A stretch of DNA of 34,183 bases from an uncultured Nitrososphaerota archaeon. GTDB taxonomy: Archaea; Thermoproteota; EX4484-205; JAAOZO01. Made by a program: the position numbers and the translations under genes. Shown here piece after piece: positions 17,148 to 25,642 of the stretch. The notes beneath the pieces were generated by a model. That model worked only from the letters and a program-made list of their open reading frames with translations. It was not told the origin of the DNA and made no database searches. Numbering within the stretch: the stretch's first letter is position 1; every line of letters starts with the position of its first letter. The stretch lies in contig CAYOYV010000012.1 of NCBI GenBank assembly GCA_964408285.1, positions 16,686 to 50,868 on the forward strand, given 5' to 3'.

Positions 17148-18197
17148 TCAGCGACCAATTCTGCGAAGATCGACGGCTTGGCCGGTGTTGGCGCTCTGCC
17201 ACACTGCTTCTGATACGAGCAGATCCTTAGCTCCATCCCAGAGATCGGCTCGAGGACGATCTTGCCCCAAACACGAACGAGCAAATCCCTCAAGTTCACC
17301 TCTATAGCCGAATTCTCCCTCAGCCTTTGCCGCGATGGTTTCTGCCCAATCTGGCCTCCACTCGATTACTTGGTTTCTGCCGGTTCCAGGACCTGCAATG
17401 GGATTTGACTTTGGATGATAGATCAGGCGCATCATATCCTCAACCTCCAACCAACAACTCTCGCCAGATAGACTTAGTCGTTCATCGTTCTTCCAATTGA
17501 ACGCATCCAATGAATTCAGATTCATGACTAGGTGGACATCATTTTCGAATCTGCCGGCGACGGCATAGCCGAATCTATTTGCATCAAACCTATGCGATAG
17601 AGCGTAGATCTCCTTTATCTCTCCCCCGAAGAAGCGGACCAAATCAAACGCATGCACTGCTTGCCCTATCAAGAAGGTTTGGGCCTCGTCCTTAATCCCC
17701 CACAGCGTTGAGTAAGGGCCATTGGAGAATTTAACATCCAACATCGTGACTTCCCCGAATTCTTCGCTATCGACAATTGCTTTTGCAGTCTGATAGCAGA
17801 CGGCGTATCGTTTCATGAAACCCACTGCACCCCACAGTCGCTTCTTTTCTGCGTATAGAGCGAGATCTTCCGCTTCCTTGCAAGATATGGCTGATGGCTT
17901 CTCCACGAATATGGGCAATCCCGCTTCCAAACACTTCTTGCCGACCTCACTATGCATCTGGGGGGGGCCGACGATAATTGCTCCGTCCAAATCCTCGTCT
18001 AGGAGCATTTGTTCTACGTTTGTGTACCACCTGCGAGCTCCGAACCAACGAGCGTTGCGCTTTGCCAAATCCTCCTTCAGATCACAAACGGCCACCAGAT
18101 CAATCTGGGGGATCATGTGGATGACGGGATAGAGGCAGCGAGTAGCATGGTAACCGCAACCGACAAATGCTATTTTTGCATTTCTTTCTTCAGTCAT
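17148..18197 (-). CDS. Gfo/Idh/MocA family NAD(P)-dependent oxidoreductase
   Basis: IAFVGCG, VAVCD, FVEKP, VGFMKRY, HAFD. Confidence 0.93.
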   Translation of the reverse strand: MTEERNAKIAFVGCGYHATRCLYPVIHMIPQIDLVAVCDLKEDLAKRNARWFGARRWYTNVEQMLLDEDLDGAIIVGPPQMHSEVGKKCLEAGLPIFVEKPSAISCKEAEDLALYAEKKRLWGAVGFMKRYAVCYQTAKAIVDSEEFGEVTMLDVKFSNGPYSTLWGIKDEAQTFLIGQAVHAFDLVRFFGGEIKEIYALSHRFDANRFGYAVAGRFENDVHLVMNLNSLDAFNWKNDERLSLSGESCWLEVEDMMRLIYHPKSNPIAGPGTGRNQVIEWRPDWAETIAAKAEGEFGYRGELEGFARSCLGQDRPRADLWDGAKDLLVSEAVWQSANTGQAVDLRRIGR

Positions 18198-18288
18198 TAT
18201 CGTCCAATAAAGTGCGGATTGAACTATATGTTTTTCCTGGCATGGATGGGATAGGTTGCTCTTTAAATTCCCCTCTTCAAATGAATAA

Positions 18289-19302
18289 GTGAAAATGGTA
18301 GGACAGGACGTTCCTCAACCAGATTTCAGCAGACTCTCGACTGCCTTACGGTGTGCACAGCCTGACAGGGTTCCCCTGTGCGAGCTTATAGTCGATCACC
18401 CAATCAAGGAGCAGTTCCTAGGGAAAAGATTCAGACCACTGGAAGACCTGAGGGATGAGATCGATTTTTGGATCAGGGCAGGATATGATTATGTTCCCCT
18501 CTTCTTCGCTGGCTATAATTTCCCAGGACTGAGATCTGGATGGGCGGAAGAGAGAAAAGGGGTGATAACGAATTGGAATGAATTTGAGAGCTATCCTTGG
18601 GATGTGCCTTCAAAGGACGATTACACGATATTGGAAAGGGTGGAGGATTTCTTGCCACGGAAGATGAAGATAATATCCGGAACAGCGGGCATATTCGAGA
18701 GAGTATGGCAGTTGATGGGATTCCAAACTTTTTGCACGAAGGTTCATAAAGAACCGGAATTAATCCATAGAATGTTTGAGAAAGTTGGCAAGATAATATC
18801 GACTGTCTACGCTAACCTGAGCCGGTATCGAATCGTAGGAGCGCTCTGGATCTCCGATGACATAGCGTTCAATTCCGGTCCTCTCATATCGCCGGGCGTC
18901 TATCGGGAGCATCTATTCCCCTGGTGGAAAGATATTGTGGAAATCGGTACTAAGCATGCCTTTCCAATTCTGTTGCATTCAGACGGCAATCTGTACTCGC
19001 TCATAGATGAACTCCTTGAGATCGGTATCGATGCACTTCATCCAATTCAGCCGGAGGCGATGGACCTCGGTTATCTTAAGAAGAAGTATCACGGGCGCCT
19101 TTGCTTGATAGGAAACATTGAGGTTCACAAGCTCTCAACGGGAACTCCTCAGGAGATTCGGAGATTGGTGGCAGAAAGACTTGCTGTGGGAGCTCCTGGA
19201 GGCGGATATTGTCTCGGTTCATCAAATACGATTGCGGACTATGTGAAGCTGGAGAATTACCGGGAAATGCTAAACGCATGTGTTGAACTAGGAAGATATT
19301 AA
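18289..19302 (+). CDS. Uroporphyrinogen decarboxylase/MtaA-like family protein (paralog 2)
   Basis: PDF.RL, PDRVP..E, YPW, GIFE...LMG, SDDIA, LHSDGN, HPIQP, IGNI, APGGGY.LGSSNTI. The start may be ATG 18295. Confidence 0.88.
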   Translation: MKMVGQDVPQPDFSRLSTALRCAQPDRVPLCELIVDHPIKEQFLGKRFRPLEDLRDEIDFWIRAGYDYVPLFFAGYNFPGLRSGWAEERKGVITNWNEFESYPWDVPSKDDYTILERVEDFLPRKMKIISGTAGIFERVWQLMGFQTFCTKVHKEPELIHRMFEKVGKIISTVYANLSRYRIVGALWISDDIAFNSGPLISPGVYREHLFPWWKDIVEIGTKHAFPILLHSDGNLYSLIDELLEIGIDALHPIQPEAMDLGYLKKKYHGRLCLIGNIEVHKLSTGTPQEIRRLVAERLAVGAPGGGYCLGSSNTIADYVKLENYREMLNACVELGRY

Positions 19303-19525
19303 CTGCTCTTCTCGGCTGGGCTCAATCACAGCTTTTGCTCGAATTCGCGCGCATGTCGTTACGGAAAGTGGACTCGACGAAGCTGCGACCGGAATCGTAG
19401 ATTTCCTTCTGGTAGTGGCAACATAACGGTAATTCAGAATTCACCTGATCTTCAGGAGCCCGCCCTATCTGCTCGCTCCTTAATCGGGTTTGCGCTCCAT
19501 CTGACACTTGCGCCAGCTTCTTCCT

Positions 19526-20755
19526 CTATAGTTCGCGACAAGGATCATATTGTTCGCGCTGCTTCATCTTCTCCAAGAGCTTCCACGAGAATAGGAGACA
19601 TCTGGGTAGGTGAAAAGCCCCTTTCCACATCGACCCCTTAAGAGAGAGTGATACTGTGCCATCCCTGTGTAGATAACCAAACCATTCTCCATATTCAGGG
19701 TCAGGGAAATGATTGAATGCCCATTCGTGCACTTTTTCATACCAGACGAGATATCTCTCATCTTCAGTTATGTAGTGTGCAAGCAAGAGAGCATACAATG
19801 CTTCGTTGTGTGGCCACCAGAGTTTCATGTCCCACTCAATCATGGCCGGTGGTCTTTTCTCGATGTCGACGAAGTAGAGGAGCCCTCCGTATTTCTTGTC
19901 CCATCCCCACTCAAGGGACCAATTAATAATCTCTAAGGCGGAATCAACTAGGGAAGAATCTCGGCGATGTAGGCCTTCATGCATTAGGAACCAAGCCACC
20001 TCAATATCGTGTCCCGGATCTATCAACCTACCCTCCGGCGATTCGAAAAATGTCTCGCCATTAGGTCCGACATTTTCGAGTAAGACCTTCCTTTCTGGTT
20101 TCGCAAAATCGCTCAATATCTCACGAATCGAGAGGTCGATTATCTCATCGTAAAGTGGATCCGGCCCCAATCTTCTCATTTCCTGTGAGATGCATATCAG
20201 CATCATTGGCATAGCCAAGGATTTTCCCGCGCGCGTTTCAGGAATCACTTTGGGCATGATCCCATAATTTACGATCGTTTGATAGTCCCTAGTTCTGTAG
20301 AGATCTATGATTAGTCTATAGGTTTGCTTAGCTTTCTCCAGGGCCCGTTGATCTCCAGAGGCCCTGAAATATTCCGCGAGACCCATTACCCCAAAGCATT
20401 CTGCAAACAGGTACCTGTGCTTACGGAGTGGCTTGCCATCTCGTGTGAGCAGTAGGAACATTCTTCCATCTTTGTCAAAAGCGTGATCCATGATGAAAGT
20501 ATAACCCAATCTTGACGCATCAAGCCAATCATTCCTTTTCTCGACAGAGTTGTATAGTCTCGAGAAGAGCCAAGTTTCCCGTCCTTCCATCCAAACCGAC
20601 TTATCTGTTCCAAAGACCGTTCCATCCCTGTCCAGAAAGTGAAGATATCCCCCAAGCTCCTGATCTAGCGAATGTCTCAACCAGAAGGGAATGATGTCCT
20701 CAAGCAATTGCTTCTTATAGAATTCCGCAAGCTCATCGATACGCTCTCCTTTCAT
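19526..20755 (-). CDS. N-acylglucosamine 2-epimerase (AGE family)
   Basis: IIPFW, D...GGY, DK.VW.EGR, PGHDIE.AW, KLWWPHNE, GEWFGYL, KG.FHLPR. Confidence 0.92.
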   Translation of the reverse strand: MKGERIDELAEFYKKQLLEDIIPFWLRHSLDQELGGYLHFLDRDGTVFGTDKSVWMEGRETWLFSRLYNSVEKRNDWLDASRLGYTFIMDHAFDKDGRMFLLLTRDGKPLRKHRYLFAECFGVMGLAEYFRASGDQRALEKAKQTYRLIIDLYRTRDYQTIVNYGIMPKVIPETRAGKSLAMPMMLICISQEMRRLGPDPLYDEIIDLSIREILSDFAKPERKVLLENVGPNGETFFESPEGRLIDPGHDIEVAWFLMHEGLHRRDSSLVDSALEIINWSLEWGWDKKYGGLLYFVDIEKRPPAMIEWDMKLWWPHNEALYALLLAHYITEDERYLVWYEKVHEWAFNHFPDPEYGEWFGYLHRDGTVSLSLKGSMWKGAFHLPRCLLFSWKLLEKMKQREQYDPCREL

Positions 20756-20992
20756 GTAACGAGGCAGATGAGGGGAGATATTAAACGATGTTGGCGATTC
20801 GTAGGTAATGATGCGGAGTTAAGAAGAACGCACTTTGCTGTATCTCCACGGCGCGCGCGAGCCTGTGAGTTTTGGGAATGTGACCTCCTTTCCGGTTCGC
20901 CAAGTGCTTGAAGACGCCGTAATCGCTTAGGCGAGGCGCGGGCAGAACGAGGGCCGCTTCTTGAGGCCCGATGGAAACGCCTTGTATGACAC

Positions 20993-21736
20993 CTAAGTCA
21001 AGTCACCACAAGCGCATCTGATCTCGTGGAGAATGTCTAACAACTCATCGAATCCCCTACCCGTCTCGGCGGATACAAGCGGTATCCTCTGGGCCGGTAC
21101 AACTCTTCTTAGTAAATCTGACAATGGAAGATACAGGTCGGACAGGACACCTTTGAGTTTGGCTTCTTTTTCGAATGTCGTTGGATTAAGCAGATAGGTT
21201 CGTATCCTCTCCAACTCCCTTTCATCAAGCAAATCCACCTTATTCAAGATGTTAATTGCGTTTATTCCTAACCTATACCTAGCTGCCAACGAATAGAGAT
21301 AGGCGGCCGGAAGGTCGCTGAAACCAATGCTAGAATCAATAATGAATATCCCCACCAAACGATTGAATTGATCGACAATCTTCGGACCAGATGCATGGAA
21401 AACGAAAATCTCCAATTGGCCGGGGGTATCTACGAGAATGAAGTCGCCAGTCAGCTTTGGAATTTTCGTCTGACCAAGAAGATCCATCGTCCTTATCATA
21501 GCACCATTTGGTCCAAGTCCTTCTTTTCTCATTATCCTCTCGACAGTGAACTTCTTCCTGATATCGAAGTCATATTCATACGATAAGGAAACAACGCCAG
21601 GATCTAGATTCACTGATTTTACTGAATACCCCTCTTTTCTCAGGAAAGCACCAAATCTTGCAGTCAGCAAGCTCTTACCACTTCCGGCAGGGCCAAGAAT
21701 AATACAGTGAAGGTTGAACTTCCGGGGCATATCCAA
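20993..21736 (-). CDS. GPN-loop GTPase
   Basis: GPAGSGKS, NLDPG, GLGPNGA, DTPGQ.E, NKVD, VSAE; C-terminal CACGDLT. The start may be ATG 21730. Confidence 0.93.
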   Translation of the reverse strand: MDMPRKFNLHCIILGPAGSGKSLLTARFGAFLRKEGYSVKSVNLDPGVVSLSYEYDFDIRKKFTVERIMRKEGLGPNGAMIRTMDLLGQTKIPKLTGDFILVDTPGQLEIFVFHASGPKIVDQFNRLVGIFIIDSSIGFSDLPAAYLYSLAARYRLGINAINILNKVDLLDERELERIRTYLLNPTTFEKEAKLKGVLSDLYLPLSDLLRRVVPAQRIPLVSAETGRGFDELLDILHEIRCACGDLT

Positions 21737-21802
21737 CCGACTACGCCATCCTCCTTGGACGTAATATCTCTTATTGCTTGATTCTTCACCAAGGGTGAGG
21801 CA

Positions 21803-22957
21803 CTATGATCTGCCTTTCCATAATTCAACTCCGTCTAAGATTCCCAGTATTGCACACAACCAAAGCATCGCAACGTTCACCAAAGGATCAGCAAACGTCG
21901 AATGAGTAACCCATTCCACGCCATGCGCCTCTAAATCTGCACTCAGAACGTGGTCGCACAAATAGTCGTAGGATTCTCTAGCGGAGGCAAGAAGTCCGTA
22001 GAACGTTGGGCTCTCGCTGATGAAGGGCCTTAGCATTGCCACTTGCCGGATAGCATCGCCTGCGCATCCCAACCATTTGTCATCCTTGCCGCAAACACCC
22101 ACGGCTCCATCCTCGAATTGGCATTCTGTGAAGGTCCATTTAGCTGCATCTATGGACCGATTTAGAAACCTGACATCTGGCACGTGCCGATACAGGCGCG
22201 TCAGGTAATCAATACAAGTGACGGTTGAAAAGACCCAAGAGGCCTCGTCACTGTATAGGTCTGTGCTCTCAAATCCTCTATAATGAAGAGGTCCTATAAC
22301 CCAAGATCCAATATCTTCACGCCAAGTTCCAGAAGCCCAATACCCGTCTGGTCTAAGCGAGTTAGGCTTCCAAGGTCTGACGAAATATTCTGCGAAACTA
22401 GTCGCATCCTCAAGCGGGCCCTTCTCAGATGTCACTTCATAGGTCCAAACTAGGCCAGAACCGAACATGCTCAAGTCATTAGTCCATCCGGCATCCTTTG
22501 CGTTAAGTGCACCATATCCACATGGGAAATGGTAGTAGTCTTGACCATCTATTTCCATTCTCCTCCTTCGTTCTCTGCCTAGCCCTATGATCCGCCAGGA
22601 ATCTCCTATCAGAGCGGCATCCAGTTCATTGTACCTACAATACAGACCGACCATCTCCAATGCGTTGCCTAAAGCCCAAGTTGGAGAGTTTTGATTGACA
22701 ACTCTCGCCATGAAGTTGACCTGAGCATTTGCGACCCGGCGCAGGTTCTCATTTCCGGTTATCCTTTGAAAGCGATAAAGGACCTCCACTAAGAAGCGGA
22801 GATATCTCACATCAGGGCCTCCGGGGAAAACTCCCCCAAACCCCCTCCCTGGTTTCTGCCAACGGCTTTTCTCCACATCAATCCCCCCTTCCGGCAAGCT
22901 CTCATCGAGGAAGGGTTGGAGCAGTTGACCTATCTTAGTAGCCAATCTCTCTTCCAT
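21803..22957 (-). CDS. Uncharacterised alpha/alpha-toroid (six-hairpin glycosidase-like) protein
   Basis: Recurrent helical-hairpin motifs LYRFQRITGNENLRRVA, TYEVTSEKGPLEDA and LYRHVPDVRFLNRS, plus CQFEDG; Trp-rich loops. Confidence 0.6.
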   Translation of the reverse strand: MEERLATKIGQLLQPFLDESLPEGGIDVEKSRWQKPGRGFGGVFPGGPDVRYLRFLVEVLYRFQRITGNENLRRVANAQVNFMARVVNQNSPTWALGNALEMVGLYCRYNELDAALIGDSWRIIGLGRERRRRMEIDGQDYYHFPCGYGALNAKDAGWTNDLSMFGSGLVWTYEVTSEKGPLEDATSFAEYFVRPWKPNSLRPDGYWASGTWREDIGSWVIGPLHYRGFESTDLYSDEASWVFSTVTCIDYLTRLYRHVPDVRFLNRSIDAAKWTFTECQFEDGAVGVCGKDDKWLGCAGDAIRQVAMLRPFISESPTFYGLLASARESYDYLCDHVLSADLEAHGVEWVTHSTFADPLVNVAMLWLCAILGILDGVELWKGRS

Positions 22958-23110
22958 GTTATTTATCCGATTCTGGCGCTATGTCAGATTATTAGTTGTT
23001 CCCCCACAAGATTCTCTGCCTGAAGCGATTCAGCTCTGGCTCCACAGGGCCTTAGTTCACAATCACGACTGTGTCCGATTGCGCATTTGCTACTTGCGAT
23101 CACGGTGACT

Positions 23111-23776
23111 CTACAGCAGTCTTGTGCCGCATTCGCCGCAGAACCGGGTTCCCGCCTGATTTTTCGCGCCACATTTTGGGCACTTGATCTGGCTGAGAGG
23201 TGCACCGCAATTGGTGCAGAACTTGCCTTCCCCAGCAGGCTTGCCACACTGAGGACAGATCGTCTGTCTACCCTCTATCTGTCCAGTGAATACTTGAGTG
23301 GATGACGCCTTCTCCCTTATGTCTGCCACCATCTTTTCTGCTCTAGCAGCTGCTACCTCAACGCCCTCGCGAGGAGCGTCCTCTACACACAGACCTCCTT
23401 GCTCGTTCCAGTCATTTTCGCATACCCATCTCCTACATTTCGGACAGCGATTGAAACTCCCCTTGGCTTCATTCTGGCTTACTTGAAAGGCAGCCTCATG
23501 CTCCTTGTGCCATTCTGGGCTCATGCCTTCGAATTTTCTGGAGATAATATCCGCACCTCTCTCAGCTGCATATTCGGTTCCATATCTTCCGGCCAAGCTG
23601 GCACCAATAGAGACGGCATCTCCTATGGCGCGGAATAATCCGGCCTTCTTGTGCGATTCTGACGCAATGAACTTTGTCTTGTATCCTTCTCTGCATATAT
23701 CGCAAAAGAAAGTGAATTGAAATCCTTCTTCCGTACTATTGTCCTCATAGTTGCTCGTAAACGGGATTAGAGGCAA
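23111..23776 (-). CDS. Zinc-ribbon protein (N-terminal unknown domain plus C-terminal double zinc ribbon)
   Basis: CDIC; CPKC-CEND-CVED; CPQC-CTNC-CPKC-CGEC. TTG start 6 nt after the upstream stop, with GAGGT SD. Confidence 0.85.
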   Translation of the reverse strand: MPLIPFTSNYEDNSTEEGFQFTFFCDICREGYKTKFIASESHKKAGLFRAIGDAVSIGASLAGRYGTEYAAERGADIISRKFEGMSPEWHKEHEAAFQVSQNEAKGSFNRCPKCRRWVCENDWNEQGGLCVEDAPREGVEVAAARAEKMVADIREKASSTQVFTGQIEGRQTICPQCGKPAGEGKFCTNCGAPLSQIKCPKCGAKNQAGTRFCGECGTRLL

Positions 23777-23782
23777 TTCTGG

Positions 23783-24106
23783 CTACCTCAGCCTCTGTCC
23801 GCAATTTAAGCATTTATCTCCAATAAGAGGCTGCTCTGTCTTACACTTGGGGCAAACGACTGTTAGACGGGCACCGCAGTGCTTACAGTAATCCCCAAAA
23901 AATGTCGTCTTTCTACAATTCGGGCAAGTTGTCTCCAAAGGTAGGCCACAGCTACTGCAGCTTATCCAATCCTCTTGGACAGGATTACGGCATTTGGGAC
24001 ATCTCAAGGGTCCCAGTGGATTCGCCTTGGCGCAGAACGGACAAACACTTGAATCTGAGGCGATTAGCTTGCCGCAATAGCGACAAGGGTGTTTGTAGCC
24101 TGGCAT
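23783..24106 (-). CDS. Poly-zinc-ribbon protein (8 CxxC motifs in 107 aa)
   Basis: CRYC, CPFC, CPKC, CSSC, CPNC, CKHC, CPKC, CLNC. Confidence 0.88.
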   Translation of the reverse strand: MPGYKHPCRYCGKLIASDSSVCPFCAKANPLGPLRCPKCRNPVQEDWISCSSCGLPLETTCPNCRKTTFFGDYCKHCGARLTVVCPKCKTEQPLIGDKCLNCGQRLR

Positions 24107-24127
24107 GATCTAGTTAAACCTGCATCT

Positions 24128-24140
24128 GATATTTAAACCA
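24128..24140 (-). promoter_or_regulatory. TATA box for the zinc-ribbon gene pair
   Basis: GGTTTAAATATC on the minus strand, about 25 nt before ATG 24106. Confidence 0.6.
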
Positions 24141-24243
24141 AAGTCAGACCCGATTTTCGCGCGGTCCAGATATCTACCGTGAAACTGAAGTTCAGCCATA
24201 GTTTGACGCGGCGAATGGGAATTAGTCTGATTTCAAGAGCACA

Positions 24244-25587
24244 TTATGGCGACTGAGTCTGCTCGCGCCTTTGCCATTTCGCATTGTCGTTCTGTGTGCT
24301 CACGTTGAATTTGAGCAAATCCAACACATCTTGCCTCCACTGCTCTGGAGAAGAATGGATAACCCTTCCAATGAAGAGGCTCCGCAAGGTCTGAAGAGCA
24401 GGCAATTTCAGTATAGCGAACCTGTATTTCTCATATTGGGATTCCCGTAACCGACTGTCTGGCAAATATATCGGCTCCCGTCTGAAATTGATGGAAATCA
24501 TGCTGCGATTCATCATTCTTATGAAAGTGTCCACCCACCTGTGGAGGTCTCCAATGTCCCTGAAATTCGGGTAATCCTTCCTGCTGACTATCCTGAAGAA
24601 ATAGGTAGCCCTGCCTTCTCCTTCTTCTGAGGTTGCCTCAATCGCTACGGCATTGCCTGGGACAGCAGGATTCACACTGTAGATAGGTATCAGGAACCAT
24701 ATATATTCACGAGTCAGATCGCCTAGCAACCCCCGCTTCAGACCGATGCAGATTTTCTCTTGCTGAGAAAAGGATTTGAGGAAGTCATATTCGTTCTTTA
24801 TTCCAAGTCCCTCCAGCTTCTTCTCCAGTTCAGTCCACAATTCAGGTGATACGGACTGTATGTCGCTTCTTTTGGCCGCTCTGCCTTCTTTCATAAATCT
24901 GGAGGCCCTTCTTATTGCAGATGGGTCTGCTTCAGGCAACAATTCCTTAAGCGAGAGTTGAACCTTGAGAGAAAGCGCGTTGATTAAGTCGGAAAGGATC
25001 TTCACTACTTCATCATACTTATCTCCCATTTTTGAAAGAACAATCCTCTCTGCATATTCTGTGTTCAGGACCAACCTGTGGTCCTCCTCACGCATTTCTG
25101 AGAGATCGCTATATGGAATTCTGACTGGTTCTCCCTTAGGAGGCAATATGACTATCGCTGTTTCATACAAGCGCACTTCGCACTCCCCCTTCTGTATCTG
25201 CTTATCGCCTTCGTTAAAATACGCGAGTTCAGCCTCTATGCCGGATTTCTTGAGTGTCTCTTTCATGAGCATATCTTTCAGCAACAGCTCATTACGCAAC
25301 TTGGTGAGGGCACTCAAGAAATCCTCATAACGGTAGCCGAGATTGAAAAGAACGAGTCTCTCCCCAGAAGTGAAGGTGAGATGAATCCTGTAGTCTCCTT
25401 CGACAATGTCGATAATGTCCCGAAAAGGGAAGAGCAAAGCTTCCCCGAGCTTAGGGAGGACCCGGAGATTCTCTTCGTCAAGTTGAGCAGTGGCTTCTCC
25501 AGACGATATCTCTTGTCCGCCTCTATCGTATAGTAGGTAACTTGAGGAACTGTAGATGATGATCGATAATTCCTTTTCCTTATCCAT
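24244..25587 (-). CDS. Uncharacterised protein with tandem PH-like domains and an unknown C-terminal domain
   Basis: 447-aa ORF with an ungapped internal duplication at a 104-aa offset; each unit looks like several beta strands plus a C-terminal helix. Confidence 0.75.
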   Translation of the reverse strand: MDKEKELSIIIYSSSSYLLYDRGGQEISSGEATAQLDEENLRVLPKLGEALLFPFRDIIDIVEGDYRIHLTFTSGERLVLFNLGYRYEDFLSALTKLRNELLLKDMLMKETLKKSGIEAELAYFNEGDKQIQKGECEVRLYETAIVILPPKGEPVRIPYSDLSEMREEDHRLVLNTEYAERIVLSKMGDKYDEVVKILSDLINALSLKVQLSLKELLPEADPSAIRRASRFMKEGRAAKRSDIQSVSPELWTELEKKLEGLGIKNEYDFLKSFSQQEKICIGLKRGLLGDLTREYIWFLIPIYSVNPAVPGNAVAIEATSEEGEGRATYFFRIVSRKDYPNFRDIGDLHRWVDTFIRMMNRSMISINFRREPIYLPDSRLRESQYEKYRFAILKLPALQTLRSLFIGRVIHSSPEQWRQDVLDLLKFNVSTQNDNAKWQRREQTQSP

Positions 25588-25610
25588 GGTGAACCGCGAC
25601 GAATCTGGCT

Positions 25611-25642
25611 AACTGGGCGCGTTAATATCATTTTACCCAGTT
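25611..25642. repeat. Inverted repeat AACTGGG-N18-CCCAGTT enclosing a TATA-like sequence
   Basis: Read directly; 24-55 nt upstream of ATG 25587. Confidence 0.4.
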
